NCBI GenBank assembly: GCA_963747235.1
Contig: CAVVEU010000008.1
Location: 128,001 to 192,000 of the forward strand
Origin: an uncultured Candidatus Rokubacteria bacterium
GTDB taxonomy: Bacteria > Methylomirabilota > Methylomirabilia > Rokubacteriales > CSP1-6
Direction: 5' to 3'
DNA length: 64,000 nucleotides
A program made the position numbers and the translations under genes. The notes beneath the pieces were generated by a model. It saw nothing but the letters and a program-made list of their open reading frames with translations. It was not told the origin of the DNA and did not search any database. Positions 30,654 to 41,704 of this stretch are shown piece after piece; position 1 is the first letter of the stretch; each line of letters opens with the position of its first letter.

Positions 30654-31818
30654 ATGGACTTCGCGCTCACGGAATCACAGGAGCTGATCAAGAAGGAGAC
30701 GGGGGCGCTCGCCCGCACCTTCTCGCTCGACTACTGGCTCGACAAGGACGATCGAGCCGAGTACCCGACCGACTTCGTGAAGGCCTTCGCGGACAACGGC
30801 TGGCTCGGCATCACGATCCCGGAGGAGTACGGCGGGGCCGGGCTGGGCGTCACCGAGGCCGCGCTGATGCTCCACGAGATCTGCGCCTCGGGCGCCGGCA
30901 CCTCCGGCTGCTCCCCCATCCACTTCTACGTGTTCCCGCCCACCCCGATCGTCAAGTACGGCACCGAGGCGATGAAGCGGAAGTACCTGCCGCGGATCGT
31001 GAGCGGCGACATCGTGATGGCCTTCGGCGTGACCGAGCCCAACGCGGGCACCGACACCTCGCGCATCCAGACCCGCGCCGTGAAGCAGGGCGACCGCTGG
31101 GTCGTCAACGGGCGGAAGGTCTGGACCACGAACGCCCAGCACGCCAACAAGATCCTCCTGCTCGCGCGCACCGCCGACCGCGACCCGGCCCGTCCGCTCA
31201 AAGGGATGACGCTCTTCTTCGCCGACTTCGATCGCGCCAAGATCTCGGTGCGCCTGATCCACAAGCTCGGCCGGGCCGCGGTCGACTCCAACGAGATCTT
31301 CATCGACGACCTGGAGATCCCCGACGCGGACGTGGTGGGCACGCCGGGCGAGGGCTTCTACCACCTGCTCGACTCGCTCAACCCCGAGCGCATCGTGATC
31401 GGGATCGAGGCGGTCGGCATCGGACGCGCCGCGCTGGACCGCGCGGTGCAGTACGCCAAGGAGCGCGTCGTCTTCGACCGGCCGATCGGGAAGAACCAGG
31501 CCATCGCGCATCCGCTCGCCCACGCGATGGCCCAGCTCGACGCGGCCGAGATGATGTGTCTCAAGGCCGCGTGGCTCTTCGACAACGGTAAGCCCTGCGG
31601 GCGCGAGGCCAACGCGGCCAAGATGCTCGCGGCCGAGGCCGGGTTCAACGCCTGCGACGCCGCGCTCCAGACCTTCGGCGGCTTCGGCTACGCCAAGGAG
31701 TTCCACGTGGAGCGGCTGTGGCGGGAGGTCCGGCTCTACAAGATCGCGCCCGGTCTCCCAGCAGATGGCGCTCAACTACCTGGCCGAGCACGTGCTCGGC
31801 CTGCCGCGGTCCTACTAG
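30654..31818 (+). CDS. Acyl-CoA dehydrogenase, frameshift near 31750
   Basis: IPEEYGGAG, FGVTEPNAGTDT, NGRKVW, RVVFDRPIGKNQ, TFGGFGYAKE; LGLPRSY-stop in another frame. Confidence 0.92.
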
Positions 31819-31822
31819 CGCG

Positions 31823-32245
31823 ATGGAGCTGCTCCTCACCACCCACGACACCGGGTACGAGCGACCCGACGGGCCGACCATCGCCAAGGTGCTGGCGTCG
31901 CTCGACGGCGGCCGCAACGTGCTGGCCACCCTCGGCACCTCCGACGCGACGTATCTGCAGGCCAGCGGGAGCGTGCAGACCGGCTTCGGCCTGTACCTGC
32001 AGGAGGGCTCGCTGGAGCGACGCTTCCGCACGAAGGACCGCGCGCTGCCGCTGGCGTGGGTGACCGAGGCGTTCCAGCGCTACGCCGGCGGCGATCTCGC
32101 CTGGCGCGATGCGGTGGCGTGGGAGCGGGACCGCATCCATGTCCCGCGCGAGTCCTGGATGACGAGCTGGCCGGCCTACATCGCGCTGCTCGTCGGGGTC
32201 TCCGCCGCGATGTGGCTCTTCCACGCCTGGAGAGCGGCTCCCTAG
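31823..32245 (+). CDS. Hypothetical protein with C-terminal TM helix
   Basis: Starts 4 nt after the ACAD stop, coding-like composition. Confidence 0.65.
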   Translation: MELLLTTHDTGYERPDGPTIAKVLASLDGGRNVLATLGTSDATYLQASGSVQTGFGLYLQEGSLERRFRTKDRALPLAWVTEAFQRYAGGDLAWRDAVAWERDRIHVPRESWMTSWPAYIALLVGVSAAMWLFHAWRAAP

Positions 32246-32946
32246 GGGATCAGGAGGCGCTCGTGGAGGGCGCTGAGGATCTCGGCGATCGCGGCCTGCG
32301 CCCACACGTCGTAGAAGGGGGATTCGAGCAGGGCGCCGATCTCGGCGCCGCCGCGCGCCTTGGCCTGCTCCTCGGTCTCGCCGGGGCGCGCCGCGCGCAG
32401 GTGGCCCATGACGCGCTCCTTGCGGTAGATCGCGGGATACTCGATGTAGCGGTACAGCTCCACGAAGTCCTCGGTGAAGAACACCGCCACCGGGACCGAC
32501 GCCCACCGCTGGCCGTTCTTCTCGTTGGCGTAGGCCTGCACCAGGTCCGCGTTGCCGCCCGACGCGGGGTCGGGCAGGCCCTTCATCAGCATCGTGTCGC
32601 CGTCGCGGACGAAGATGCGCAGCTCGAGGCCGCCCGCCTTGGCGAGGCGCGCGAGGTAGGGGACGTCCCGCCGGCAGTCCGACGACCACTCCTCGGAGAT
32701 CACCGCGACCTTGGCGGGCCCGCCCGGCTGCGCGGCGAGCCACTGGATGGCCCCGATCTGATCGGGGGTGAGCCGCGCCCCGGCGTGGCGCTTGTGGAGG
32801 AAGGCGCTCCAGTCCAGACGCGGGCGCACCTTGCTGAACCGGCGGATGTCGAAGCCCTCGCGGGCCAGGTTTCCGGGCGAGCCGGTGAACTTCACGTAGT
32901 CGTCGAAGGTCATGCCCTGGGCGAAGCGCTCCGGCGTCATCGGCAC
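32242..32946 (-). CDS. Thioredoxin-fold protein (Thioredoxin_9-like) with SxxC motif
   Basis: ERFAQGMTFDDY, VISEEWSSDC, LRIFVRD, SVPV. Confidence 0.75.
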   Translation of the reverse strand: MPMTPERFAQGMTFDDYVKFTGSPGNLAREGFDIRRFSKVRPRLDWSAFLHKRHAGARLTPDQIGAIQWLAAQPGGPAKVAVISEEWSSDCRRDVPYLARLAKAGGLELRIFVRDGDTMLMKGLPDPASGGNADLVQAYANEKNGQRWASVPVAVFFTEDFVELYRYIEYPAIYRKERVMGHLRAARPGETEEQAKARGGAEIGALLESPFYDVWAQAAIAEILSALHERLLIP

Positions 32947-32967
32947 GTCATCCTCTCTTGGTCCGTC

Positions 32968-34128
32968 TCAGGTGAAGAGGCGCCGGCTCGCGATCGCCGC
33001 GCCCTCGGTGAGGGCGCCGAGCTTGGCCCACACCACGCTGTGGGCCACCATCTCCGAGCCCGCGAAGGTGCCGAAGCCGCAATCGGTGGAGGCGATCACG
33101 CGCGTGGGATCGCCCACCGCGTCCACCGCCGCGGCGATCCGGTCGGCCACCACCTCGGGATGCTCGACATAGTTGGTGGTGGTGTCGATCACCCCGGGTA
33201 GCAGGAGCATGGAGTCGGGAAGCGGGTGGCGCTTGAACACGCGGTACTCGTGCTGGTGGCGCGGGTTGGCGAGCGGCAGGGACAGCGCGCCGACCCGCGC
33301 GCGGTAGACGAGCGGCAGCACCGCCTCGAGCGCCACGTCGTGGGTGTGGGGGCCGTCGTAGTTGCCCCAGCAGACGTGCAGGCGGATGCGGTCCGGCGGA
33401 ATGCCCGCGGTGGCCTGGTTGATGGCCTCCACGTGCAGCGCCACGTTTCGCTGGAAGGCCTCGAGGGAGTCGTTCTGGAAGAAGCGCACGCGCTCCATGG
33501 CCAGATCGGGGCAGTCCACCTGGAGCAGTAGCCCTCGCGCGTGGATCAGCGCGTACTCCTTGCGCATCTCCCGGGCCAGCGCCATCACGTACTGCTCGTG
33601 CGAGCTGTAGTGGGCGGAGAGCAGGATGGTGGCGATCACCCCCGGCGAGGCCGCGGTCATGAAACGCTCGGTGAAGCCCGGCGCCCGGCCGTCGGTGTGC
33701 CGGAGGAAGCCGTCGCACTCCTCCGCCGCCGGGCCCAGGTCGGCGTACTCCACCTCCGCGATGGCCTGCGGCGCGTCCGCGATGCGGGCCGCGTCGCGGC
33801 GCCGGCGGGCCAGCATCTCCGCGTAGTCCGGGAAGTCGATCAGGTCGCGGGCGGGCAGGCGCCGGCTCGTGCCGCCGAAGCCGCGCATGCGACCGGCCAC
33901 GTAGGTCGAGAAGCCGGCGCGCGGCTGCTCGCCGTTGTTGCCGACGTCGATGCCGACCTCGATTTGACGGGCCACCACGTGGGCGACCGCCGCGTCGGCC
34001 TCCCGCGCCAGCGCGGCCGCGTCCACCGGCTCGCCCCGGTCGCGGCGCACGAGCAGGTCGCGCAGCGCGGGCGGGCGCGGGAGGCTGCCCACGTGGGTGG
34101 TGAGGATGCGCCCGTCGCTGCGCTTCAC
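32968..34128 (-). CDS. Cobalamin-independent methionine synthase II family protein (single barrel)
   Basis: ILTTHVGSLPRP, LQVDCPDLA, HVCWGNY, PGVIDTTTNYVEHPE, TDCGFGT. Confidence 0.9.
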   Translation of the reverse strand: MKRSDGRILTTHVGSLPRPPALRDLLVRRDRGEPVDAAALAREADAAVAHVVARQIEVGIDVGNNGEQPRAGFSTYVAGRMRGFGGTSRRLPARDLIDFPDYAEMLARRRRDAARIADAPQAIAEVEYADLGPAAEECDGFLRHTDGRAPGFTERFMTAASPGVIATILLSAHYSSHEQYVMALAREMRKEYALIHARGLLLQVDCPDLAMERVRFFQNDSLEAFQRNVALHVEAINQATAGIPPDRIRLHVCWGNYDGPHTHDVALEAVLPLVYRARVGALSLPLANPRHQHEYRVFKRHPLPDSMLLLPGVIDTTTNYVEHPEVVADRIAAAVDAVGDPTRVIASTDCGFGTFAGSEMVAHSVVWAKLGALTEGAAIASRRLFT

Positions 34129-34439
34129 GAGCCGGTCGCCTCGCGCAGCTCCCTCTGCAGCCAGTCCAGCAGGAGCGCTTTCTCGTGGCGGAGGTGGTCC
34201 GCGGTGACCGGCGCCGCGCTGGTCAGGTGGTCGCTGTCCCGGAGCCGCCGGGTTCCCGCCCGCCCGTCCGCGCCGTCCGCGCCGAGGAGCCGGAACTGCA
34301 GATCGATGCGCGGGGGGTCACCCGCCATGTCGATGTTGGTCACGGTGATCTCGAGCCGCTGCCCCTCGGGCACGCGGCGCGCGCCCGCCTCCTGCAGGAA
34401 GCGCGTGAGTACGGCCAGTGACGTCCGGACGATCTTCAT
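34125..34439 (-). CDS. Short DUF3016-like protein, possibly internally deleted
   Basis: LEITVTNIDMAGD..PPRIDLQF, HEKALLLDW; RBS ggaga. Confidence 0.55.
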   Translation of the reverse strand: MKIVRTSLAVLTRFLQEAGARRVPEGQRLEITVTNIDMAGDPPRIDLQFRLLGADGADGRAGTRRLRDSDHLTSAAPVTADHLRHEKALLLDWLQRELREATGS

Positions 34440-34468
34440 AGGGGGATCTCCTTCCGGCGGGCGATGGG

Positions 34469-35362
34469 CTAGCCGGCCCTGGGAGTGATCTGGATCAGAG
34501 GGGCTGGCTCGGTCTCGATCTGGATCGTGGTGTGATCGATGCCGAAGCGGGCGTGGAGGACGAGGTGTAGCTCTTCGAGGATCCGGTCGGTGGGCGCGCC
34601 CGCCTCGACCACCACGTGCGCGCTCATGGCCTCGCGGCCGGAGGTGAGCGTCCACACGTGCAGGTCGTGGACCCGCCGCACCGCCGGGGCCGAGCGCAGG
34701 GCGTCCTCGATCTCGGTGACGTCGAGATGCGCCGGCGCGCCCTCGAGCAGGACGTTCACGGCCTGGCGCAGCAGGGCCCACGTGCGGGGCAGGATGAAGA
34801 GCGCGATCAGCGCGCCCGCGATGACGTCGGCGAGCGTCCATCCGGTGAAGATGATGATCAGGCCGGCGACGATCACGAGGGCGGAGCTGACCGCGTCGCC
34901 CAGGACCTCGAGATAGGCGCTCCGCACGTTCAGGCTCTCCGCGGCGCCGCCGTGCAGCAGCCACATGCCGGCCAGGTTCACGAGGAGGCCCAGCGTGGCC
35001 ACCACCAGGATCGGGCCGCCCGGCACGTGCGGCGGCTGCCAGAGCCGCTCGTAGGTGGCCACGAGGATCGCGATGGCCATCACGCAGAGGACCACCCCGT
35101 TGACGAGGGCGGCCAGGATCTCCACGCGGTAGTAGCCGTAGGTCTTGGCCGGCGTGGCGGGGCGCTCCGCGAACCACACCGCGAGCAGGCTCAGGAGCAC
35201 GCCGCCCGCGTCCACCAGCATGTGGGTGGCGTCGGCCAGGAGCGCGAGGCTGCCCGTCCAGAACCCGACCGCCGCCTCGACGACCAGGAACGCGGAGGTC
35301 AGCCCGAAGACGGCCAGCAGGCGGCGCTTGTGGCGGGAGCCGTGAGTGTGCCGGCCGTGCAC
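34469..35362 (-). CDS. Cation diffusion facilitator (ZitB/CzcD-like) exporter
   Basis: SLALLADATHMLVD, TYGYYRVEILAA, NVRSAYLEVLGD, VHDLHVW, IDHTTIQIE. Confidence 0.93.
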   Translation of the reverse strand: MHGRHTHGSRHKRRLLAVFGLTSAFLVVEAAVGFWTGSLALLADATHMLVDAGGVLLSLLAVWFAERPATPAKTYGYYRVEILAALVNGVVLCVMAIAILVATYERLWQPPHVPGGPILVVATLGLLVNLAGMWLLHGGAAESLNVRSAYLEVLGDAVSSALVIVAGLIIIFTGWTLADVIAGALIALFILPRTWALLRQAVNVLLEGAPAHLDVTEIEDALRSAPAVRRVHDLHVWTLTSGREAMSAHVVVEAGAPTDRILEELHLVLHARFGIDHTTIQIETEPAPLIQITPRAG

Positions 35363-35370
35363 GGGCGCGA

Positions 35371-35909
35371 TCAGCGGGCCGGGGGCAGCACCAGCCGCGC
35401 TTCTCCTTGACGGATGCCCTGGCTCGCGAAGAACCCGGCGTGGGCCTCGACCGCGTAGCGGAAGGAGCCGAGCGGCCCGTACAGCTCGGTGGGGCTCGGG
35501 TCCATCTGGAGGATGGCGAAGATGCGGCCGTCCTCCTTGACGAAGGCGATGTCCAGCGCCGCGGGCACGTTCTGCATGTGGAACTGGGTGACGATCTCCC
35601 GGCCGAAGTCGAAGAGGATCAGGTGCCGCTTGATCTCCTCGGGGGTCGCGCACTGGAAGCCGCCGGCCTGGCGCTCGCCGGTGTCGGCGGCCTTCACGCG
35701 GAGCGCGATGGAGCGGGGGCCCGCCTGCACGCTGACCATCCGGACCGGCATGCCCGCGAAGGCCTCGCGCCAGCGCGGACATTCTGGATTTGGGCTGGAT
35801 TCTGGGCGGGACTCGGCGCGGGGCCCTTGGCCGGGCCCTGGGCGATGGCGGCCGGGACCGCCAGGACCAGGAGCAGCGCGGCCAGGACGGCGACGCGCGA
35901 GCGGATCAT
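35371..35909 (-). CDS. Secreted DUF192-family protein, frameshift near 35775
   Basis: Signal peptide; ILFDF, FHMQNV..LDIAFV, YAVEAHAG. Confidence 0.75.
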
Positions 35910-36733
35910 GGCTGGGCCTCCCGCGGCGTCGCGGGCCACCGGCGGCGCGCCAGCGACGCGGCGGCGAAGATGAGCAGCGCGGCCAGCACGACCGCGCCCC
36001 CCGCGGCCAGGCGCAGGTAGTAGGCCGCGATGAGGCCGGAGGTCATGGACAGCAGCGCGATGCCGATGGCGATCGCGGTGGCGGTGTGGAAGCTCCGGCC
36101 GAGCGCGAAGCCGGTGAGCGCGGGGATCACGATCATCGCGGAGACGAGCAGCACGCCCACCATCCGCATCGCCACCACGGTGGTCAGCGCGGTCAGGATG
36201 GTCAGCAGGAGGTTGAGGGCGCCGACCGGCACGCCGCTGGTCCGGGCCAGGTCCTCGTGGAGCGTGATGGCGAGGAGCTGCTTGTAGAAGCCGCCGATCG
36301 CCACCGTGACGACCGCGCCGAGCGCGACGATCAGCCATACGTCGGCACTGGTCACGGTGAGGATGCTGCCGAAGAGAATCGCGAAGAGATCGGCGTTGAA
36401 GCCGCGGGCCAGGCTGATGAGCACCACCGCCATCGCGAAGCCGCCGGAGAGGAACACCGCGAGGGCCGCGTCGCCCTGCAACGCCCCGCGCGCGCGCAGC
36501 CGCTCGATGCCGACCGCGCCGGCCAGGGCCACCACCAGCGCGCCCAGCACCGGCGAGATGCCGAGCACGAGGCCGAGCGCCACCCCGGCCAGCGCGACGT
36601 GGGCCAGGGTGTCGGCGATCAGCGAGAGCCGGCGCGGGATCAGGAAGACGCCGATGGCCGGGCAGATGAGCGCGGTGACCACGCCCGCCGCGAACGCCCG
36701 ATGCATGAAGCCGTACTGGAGGAATTCGGGCAT
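35906..36733 (-). CDS. znuB: Zn/Mn ABC transporter permease
   Basis: FMHRAF, RRLSLIADTLAHVALAG, LFGSILTV, VGVLLVSAMIVIP. Confidence 0.9.
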   Translation of the reverse strand: MPEFLQYGFMHRAFAAGVVTALICPAIGVFLIPRRLSLIADTLAHVALAGVALGLVLGISPVLGALVVALAGAVGIERLRARGALQGDAALAVFLSGGFAMAVVLISLARGFNADLFAILFGSILTVTSADVWLIVALGAVVTVAIGGFYKQLLAITLHEDLARTSGVPVGALNLLLTILTALTTVVAMRMVGVLLVSAMIVIPALTGFALGRSFHTATAIAIGIALLSMTSGLIAAYYLRLAAGGAVVLAALLIFAAASLARRRWPATPREAQP

Positions 36734-36737
36734 GGGC

Positions 36738-37482
36738 TCAGTGGTCGTGGCTGACCACGCGCACCGCGGGGCCGTAGAGCGCGGTCAGCGCCGCGTCGCT
36801 CAGGAAGTCGCCCGGGCGGCCGTGGAAGACGAGCCGGCGATTGAGGCACGCGAGCTTGGTGACCTCCTTGGCCACCACCCCGATGTCGTGGCTCACCAGG
36901 ATCAGGGTCACGTCGCGCTCGCGATTGAGATGGTGGAGCAGGGCGTAGAAGCTCGTCTGGGCCTCGGGGTCCACGCCGCCGGTCGGCTCGTCCAGGATCA
37001 GGAGCTCGGGCTTGGAGACCAGCGCCCGCGCGATCAGCACGCGCTGCTGCTGGCCCGGCGACAGCGCGCCGATCCGCGCGCCCGCGTGCGCGGCCATGCC
37101 CACCTGGCCGAGCACCTCCGCGATGCGCCTGCGCTCGGCCCCGCCGATGCGCCCGAAGAGGCCGAGCGAGGGCAGGAGCCCGGTGGCCACCACCTCGTGG
37201 ACGGTCACCGGCAGCGGCGGGATCGAGCGTGGCCTTCTGCGGCACGTAGCCGAGGCGCCCCCACTGCCGGAACGACGCGGGCGGGTGGCCGAAGAGGCGG
37301 ACCGCGCCGCGCTGGGGCGGCAGGAGGCCCAGCATGATGCGGAGCAGCGTGGTCTTGCCGGAGCCGTTCGGGCCGATGATGCCGAGGAAGTCGCCGGGCT
37401 CGACGGTCAGGTTGATGCGCTCGAGCACGGGCACGGCCCCGTAGGCGAAGTCCACGTCCTCGAGCTCGACGAAGGAGCGCAT
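36738..37482 (-). CDS. znuC: Zn/Mn ABC transporter ATPase, frameshift near 37215
   Basis: GPNGSGKTT, GYVPQK, LSPGQQQRV, LDEPT, VSHD, C-terminal HDH. Confidence 0.9.
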
Positions 37483-38146
37483 CAGCCGCCGATCTCGAGC
37501 GCGCCGTTCACCGCGCGCGGCCGCGCCGGCTGCGCGGTCCCGGGATGCCGCGCGTCCCACCAGGCGCCCGCGGCGGCGCAGCCGGCGCCGAGCAGCGACG
37601 CCGCCCAGCACGTCGGTCGGCCAGTGGGCGTTCAGGATGACGCGGGCGAAGCCGACCGCGGCGACCAGGGCGATCGCAGCGCGGTGCAGGATCGCGCGCG
37701 CCGCGGGCGAGACCCGCTCCCGCGTCATGATGTAGAGCAGGATCACCGCGAAGGTCGCCGCCGCGGTCACGTGCCCGCTGGGGAAGCCCCAGTTGACCCC
37801 GCGGGGCCGCGGCCGGCCGACCAGGAACTTGAAGGTCTGCTCGACGGCGCCCCCGATCGGCATCAGCGCGCACCAGAGCCACCAGTGCCGGCGCGCGGCG
37901 CGCGAGCAGGCGAGGAGCAGCAGGATGGCCGGCGCGAGGACGATCCACTTGCCGCCGTAGTCCACCCAGCGGGCGATCGCGTGCAGCCAGGTGCCGCGGC
38001 CCTTCAGGATCTCGTCGTGCAGCGGCACGTCGCCCGGCAGCAGGCCCGACCGTGTCGACGACGAGGCTCATCCCGAGGAAGGCGCCCAGCAGGACCAGGC
38101 AGAGGGTCCGCCAGCGCGCGACGGTGGTTGCGTCCATGGCGGTCAT
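37482..38146 (-). CDS. PAP2-family membrane phosphatase, frameshifted
   Basis: KFLVGRPRP, FPSGH, ARVILNAHWPTDVLGG. Confidence 0.85.
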
Positions 38147-39017
38147 ATTGTACTCGACACCCGCCGCAGGAGGGCCTCGGCGAAGCGCGCGGCGGCGGCC
38201 GGCGCGTGGGGGAAGAAGAGGCCGGGCTCGTTGACCTCGACCTCCATGATCTGGAAGCCGGCCGCGGTCTCGACCCCGTCGATGCGCGCGTAGAGCGGGG
38301 GCACCGGCAGCGCGGCCAGCGCCGCGCCGCCCGACCGCCCGGACCGCGTCGGGCGGCTGGGGCGTCTCCACGGTGCCGCCCAGGCGGGGCTGCACCCGGA
38401 ACTCGCCCGCGGCCGGCCGCTTGAGCACCGCGTGCGTCATCTCGGCCTCGATGAAGACCAGCGACCACTCGCCCCGGGTCTGGATCTCCTCGACGAAGGG
38501 CTGGACCAGGACCGGCCGGCGCATCGCGCCGGACGCGAGCGCGTCCACCGCCTCGTCCAGGGTGGCGGCGCTCACCAGCCGCGTGTCGTGCGCGGAGGCC
38601 GAGATCACCGGCTTCATCACGACCCGGCGCCACGCCGCGCGCGGCCATCACCGCCTCGAGCCCCGCGCGCGTCTCGTCCTCCAGGATGACGGTGGCCACC
38701 GTCGGCACGCCGGCCCGCGCGAGCTCGAGCAGGTACGCCTTGGTCAGGTTCCAGCGCACGAGGGCGGGCGGGTTGAAGACGCGGGCGCCGGCCCGCTCGA
38801 GGCGGTCGAGCCAGCCGAGGAAGGCGTCCGGCTCGAAGTGGTAGTCCCAGTTCGAGCGCAGCACGATCGCGTCGAAGCCGTCCCAGCCGGCGCCGACGTC
38901 GTTCCACGCGCGCGCCTCCACGGTGGCGCCGCGGGCCTCGAGCGCCCGCTGGACGAGCCGGTCGCTCTCCGAGATCTCGGGCCAGGTCCGGCACGTGACG
39001 AAGCAGAGCCGTCGCAT
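38143..39017 (-). CDS. ATP-grasp ligase (RimK / glutathione synthetase-like), frameshifted near 38640 and 38330
   Basis: RSNWDYH, WNLTKAYL, KPVISASA, VQPFVEEI..GEWSL, FRVQ, YARIDG, EVNEPGLF; ATGA overlap with the next gene. Confidence 0.8.
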
Positions 39018-39033
39018 GGACGGGAGCGGGCGG

Positions 39034-39915
39034 CTAGCGGCAGCCGAGCGCGGTGCGGAGATTGGCCAGGTTCGCGCGCATCAGCTCCAGATAGCCGGTG
39101 CCCGCGGCGGCCTCGGCCGGGCTCACGCCCTCGATGGGATTGAGCGGCAGCGGGGTCGCCCCGATCTCGCGGCTCAGGGTCTCGGCGAGGCGCGGGCTGA
39201 CCAGCGTCTCGTAGAAGACGTGCGTGACCTTGAGCCGGCGCGCGGTCCGGACGATGGCGGCCAGGTCCGCGGGGCTCGGCTCCGCCTCGGGCGAGATCCC
39301 CATGACCGGCACCTGGGTGAGCCGGTAGCGGCGCGCCAGGTAGGCGAAGGCGGCGTGCGAGGTCACGATCTCGCGGCGCGCGCAGTCGGCGAGGCCGGCC
39401 GCGAATTCCAGATCGAGCGCGTCGAGCCGGGCGATGAGGGCCTTCGCGTTCTCGGCGTAGACCGCGCGACCGGCCGGGTCGGCCTGCTCGAGCCCGCCCG
39501 CGATCGCCTGCACCTGCACGCGCGCGAGCGTCGGATCGAGCCATACGTGGGGATCGGTGACCCCGCCCACCGTGAGGACGCTGAGCCCGCCGCGCGCGTT
39601 CACCACCACGCCGTGCCGCCCGGTGAGGTCGGCGAGCAGCTTCTCGGCCCATTTGTCGAGGTTGGTGCCGGTGTGGACGAACACCGCCGCGCGCCGGACC
39701 TGGCTCACGTCGCGCGGCGCCGGCTCCCAGTCGTGCGGCTCGACGCCGGCCGGCACCAGCGAGACCACGTCCGCGCGGTCCCCCGCGACCTGGCGCGCGA
39801 ATTCCCACAGCGGATAGATGGTGGCCACGACCAGCGGCTTCGCGGGCGGCGCGGCGGGCGCGCAGCCGGCCAGCGCCAGCAGCGCGAGCATGACGGGGAG
39901 CGCGCGGCCGATCAT
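39034..39915 (-). CDS. znuA: Zn/Mn ABC substrate-binding lipoprotein (ZnuA/AdcA-like)
   Basis: LAGC lipobox, EPHDWEP, DPHVWLDP, SHAAFAY. Confidence 0.9.
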   Translation of the reverse strand: MIGRALPVMLALLALAGCAPAAPPAKPLVVATIYPLWEFARQVAGDRADVVSLVPAGVEPHDWEPAPRDVSQVRRAAVFVHTGTNLDKWAEKLLADLTGRHGVVVNARGGLSVLTVGGVTDPHVWLDPTLARVQVQAIAGGLEQADPAGRAVYAENAKALIARLDALDLEFAAGLADCARREIVTSHAAFAYLARRYRLTQVPVMGISPEAEPSPADLAAIVRTARRLKVTHVFYETLVSPRLAETLSREIGATPLPLNPIEGVSPAEAAAGTGYLELMRANLANLRTALGCR

Positions 39916-40738
39916 GCCAGTCGTCGCACGCGCAGGACGAGGCCCAGGGCCAGGAGGCTCAGGCCGAAGGCGCAGACCACGGTGGCGCCGGTCGGCAGGT
40001 CGAGCACCGCGGAGGCGAGCATCGCGACGACGCTCACGCCCGCGCCGAAGGCCCAGCCCACCGCGAGCCGCGCGCCGATGCGCTGGGCCAGCAGGATGCC
40101 CGCGAGCGCGGGGACGATCAGGTACGAGAAGACGAGCAGGACGCCCGCGATGCGCACCGACGAGGTCACGACCACGCCGAACGAGGCGTAGAAGAGGAAG
40201 TCCCACGCGCGGACGCGCCAGCCCTCGCGATAGGCCGCGGTCCGGAGCGGTGGAGATGAGGAAGAACGGCCGGCGGCAGAGCCAGTGGAAGCCGCCGATC
40301 AGCGCGTAGAGCGCGGCGACCTTGAGCACCTCCGCGCCGCGCACGCTGAGCAGGCTGCCCGACGAGCATGCCGCGCAGGTGCTCGGCGCCGTGCGGCGAG
40401 CGGTCGGCCAGGAGCACCGCGCCGGCCGCGGAGACCGCGTAGACCACGCCGATGACCGCCTCGTGCGAGACCAGGCCCCGGCGGCTCCGGGTGAGCGCCA
40501 GCACCAGCGCGCCCAGGATCGTGAAGCCGAGCCCCGCCGCGTAGGACTGCCAGGTCTCGAGCTCGTAGCCGACCAGGAACGCGGCGGTGGCGCCGAGCGC
40601 CGCGATCTGGGCCAGCGCGATGTCCACGAACACGACCTCCCGCGCGATGACGTGGAAGCCGAGGTAGGCGTGGATGCCGGTGAGCACCAGGCACATCAGG
40701 AACGGCATCCACATCAGCGCGAGGAGATCGGCGGTCAT
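39912..40738 (-). CDS. Second metal ABC permease, frameshifted
   Basis: GIHAYLGFHV..REVVFVDIALAQIAALG, SVRIAGVLLVFSYLIVPA. Confidence 0.85.
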
Positions 40739-40745
40739 GATCGGC

Positions 40746-41690
40746 CTATCTTAGCCCTTCGGCCAGGGTGCGCACGTTGTAGTCCACGGTCTCGAGATAA
40801 CGTCCTGGCCTCCTTGACCGCGCCCACCGAGGGCGCGAGCACGCGCACCTTGGCGCCCGCCTCCTGGGCCACGCGCTCGGCCAGCTTCACGTCGTTCCAG
40901 GGCTCGACCACCACGAGCTTGATCTGCTCCTGCTTCATGTCCTGGATGAGGCGGGCCAGGTGGCCGGGGGTGGCGGGAATGCCGGGGCGGTCCTCGATGG
41001 CGCCGCCCTTGACCAGGCCGAAGCGGGTGAAGAGGTAGACGAAGTCGGGTGGTACTGCGACGACCTTGGCGCCCTTGAAGGGCGCGAGGGCCGCGGTCCA
41101 GCCGGGTCATCGCCTGGTCGAGCTCGGCCAGGAACGCGGCGCGATTCTTCTCGAACGTCGGACGCGACTGGGGCTGCAGCCGCGCCAGCCCGCTCAGGAT
41201 ATTGGCGGTGATCTGGGGCGCCATGCCCGGGATCCGGCGTGTAGTGCGGGTTGCCGACCGGGTGCACGTCGCCCATCGAGCGGTCCACCTGGGTGGTCGG
41301 CACCTCGAGGATCGGCAGGCCCTCGGAGGCGTCCACGCGCCCGGGCGTGCCGGGCAGCACCTTTGGGTTATTGGCGCCCTGCACGACGACCTCGGCCCAC
41401 TGGTCCAGCTCGAGGCCGTTGATCACCAGCAGGTCGGCGCGCCGCACCTTGACCATCAGGCTCGGGCGCACCTCGAGATCGTGCGGGTTCTGGTTGCCGC
41501 GGGCGAGCGCCTCCACCTCGACGAGGTCGCCGCCGACCGCCTCGGTGAGCGCCTTGAGATCGGTGGTGGTCGCGACGACGCGGAGCTTGTCGGCGGCCGC
41601 GGCGTCCCCCGGCGTGAGGCCGGGGGCGCCGAGGGCGGCAAGGGAGATGCTCAGGATCGCGACCAGTGCTGCGCGGATCGGGCTTCGCAT
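40746..41690 (-). CDS. Second metal ABC substrate-binding protein, frameshifted
   Basis: Signal peptide; RVVATTTDL, QNPHDLE, GDVHPVGNPHY, EDRPGIP. Confidence 0.85.
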
Positions 41691-41704
41691 GGTGGCTGGC
41701 CTCC

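Noticed and set aside
32968-34128. metE gene symbol
   Set aside because: Single-barrel paralog family with diverse functions; methionine synthase activity is not supported
36640-38028. Apparent PAP2-ABC ATPase fusion
   Set aside because: An indel near 37575 bypasses the PAP2 stop at 37482
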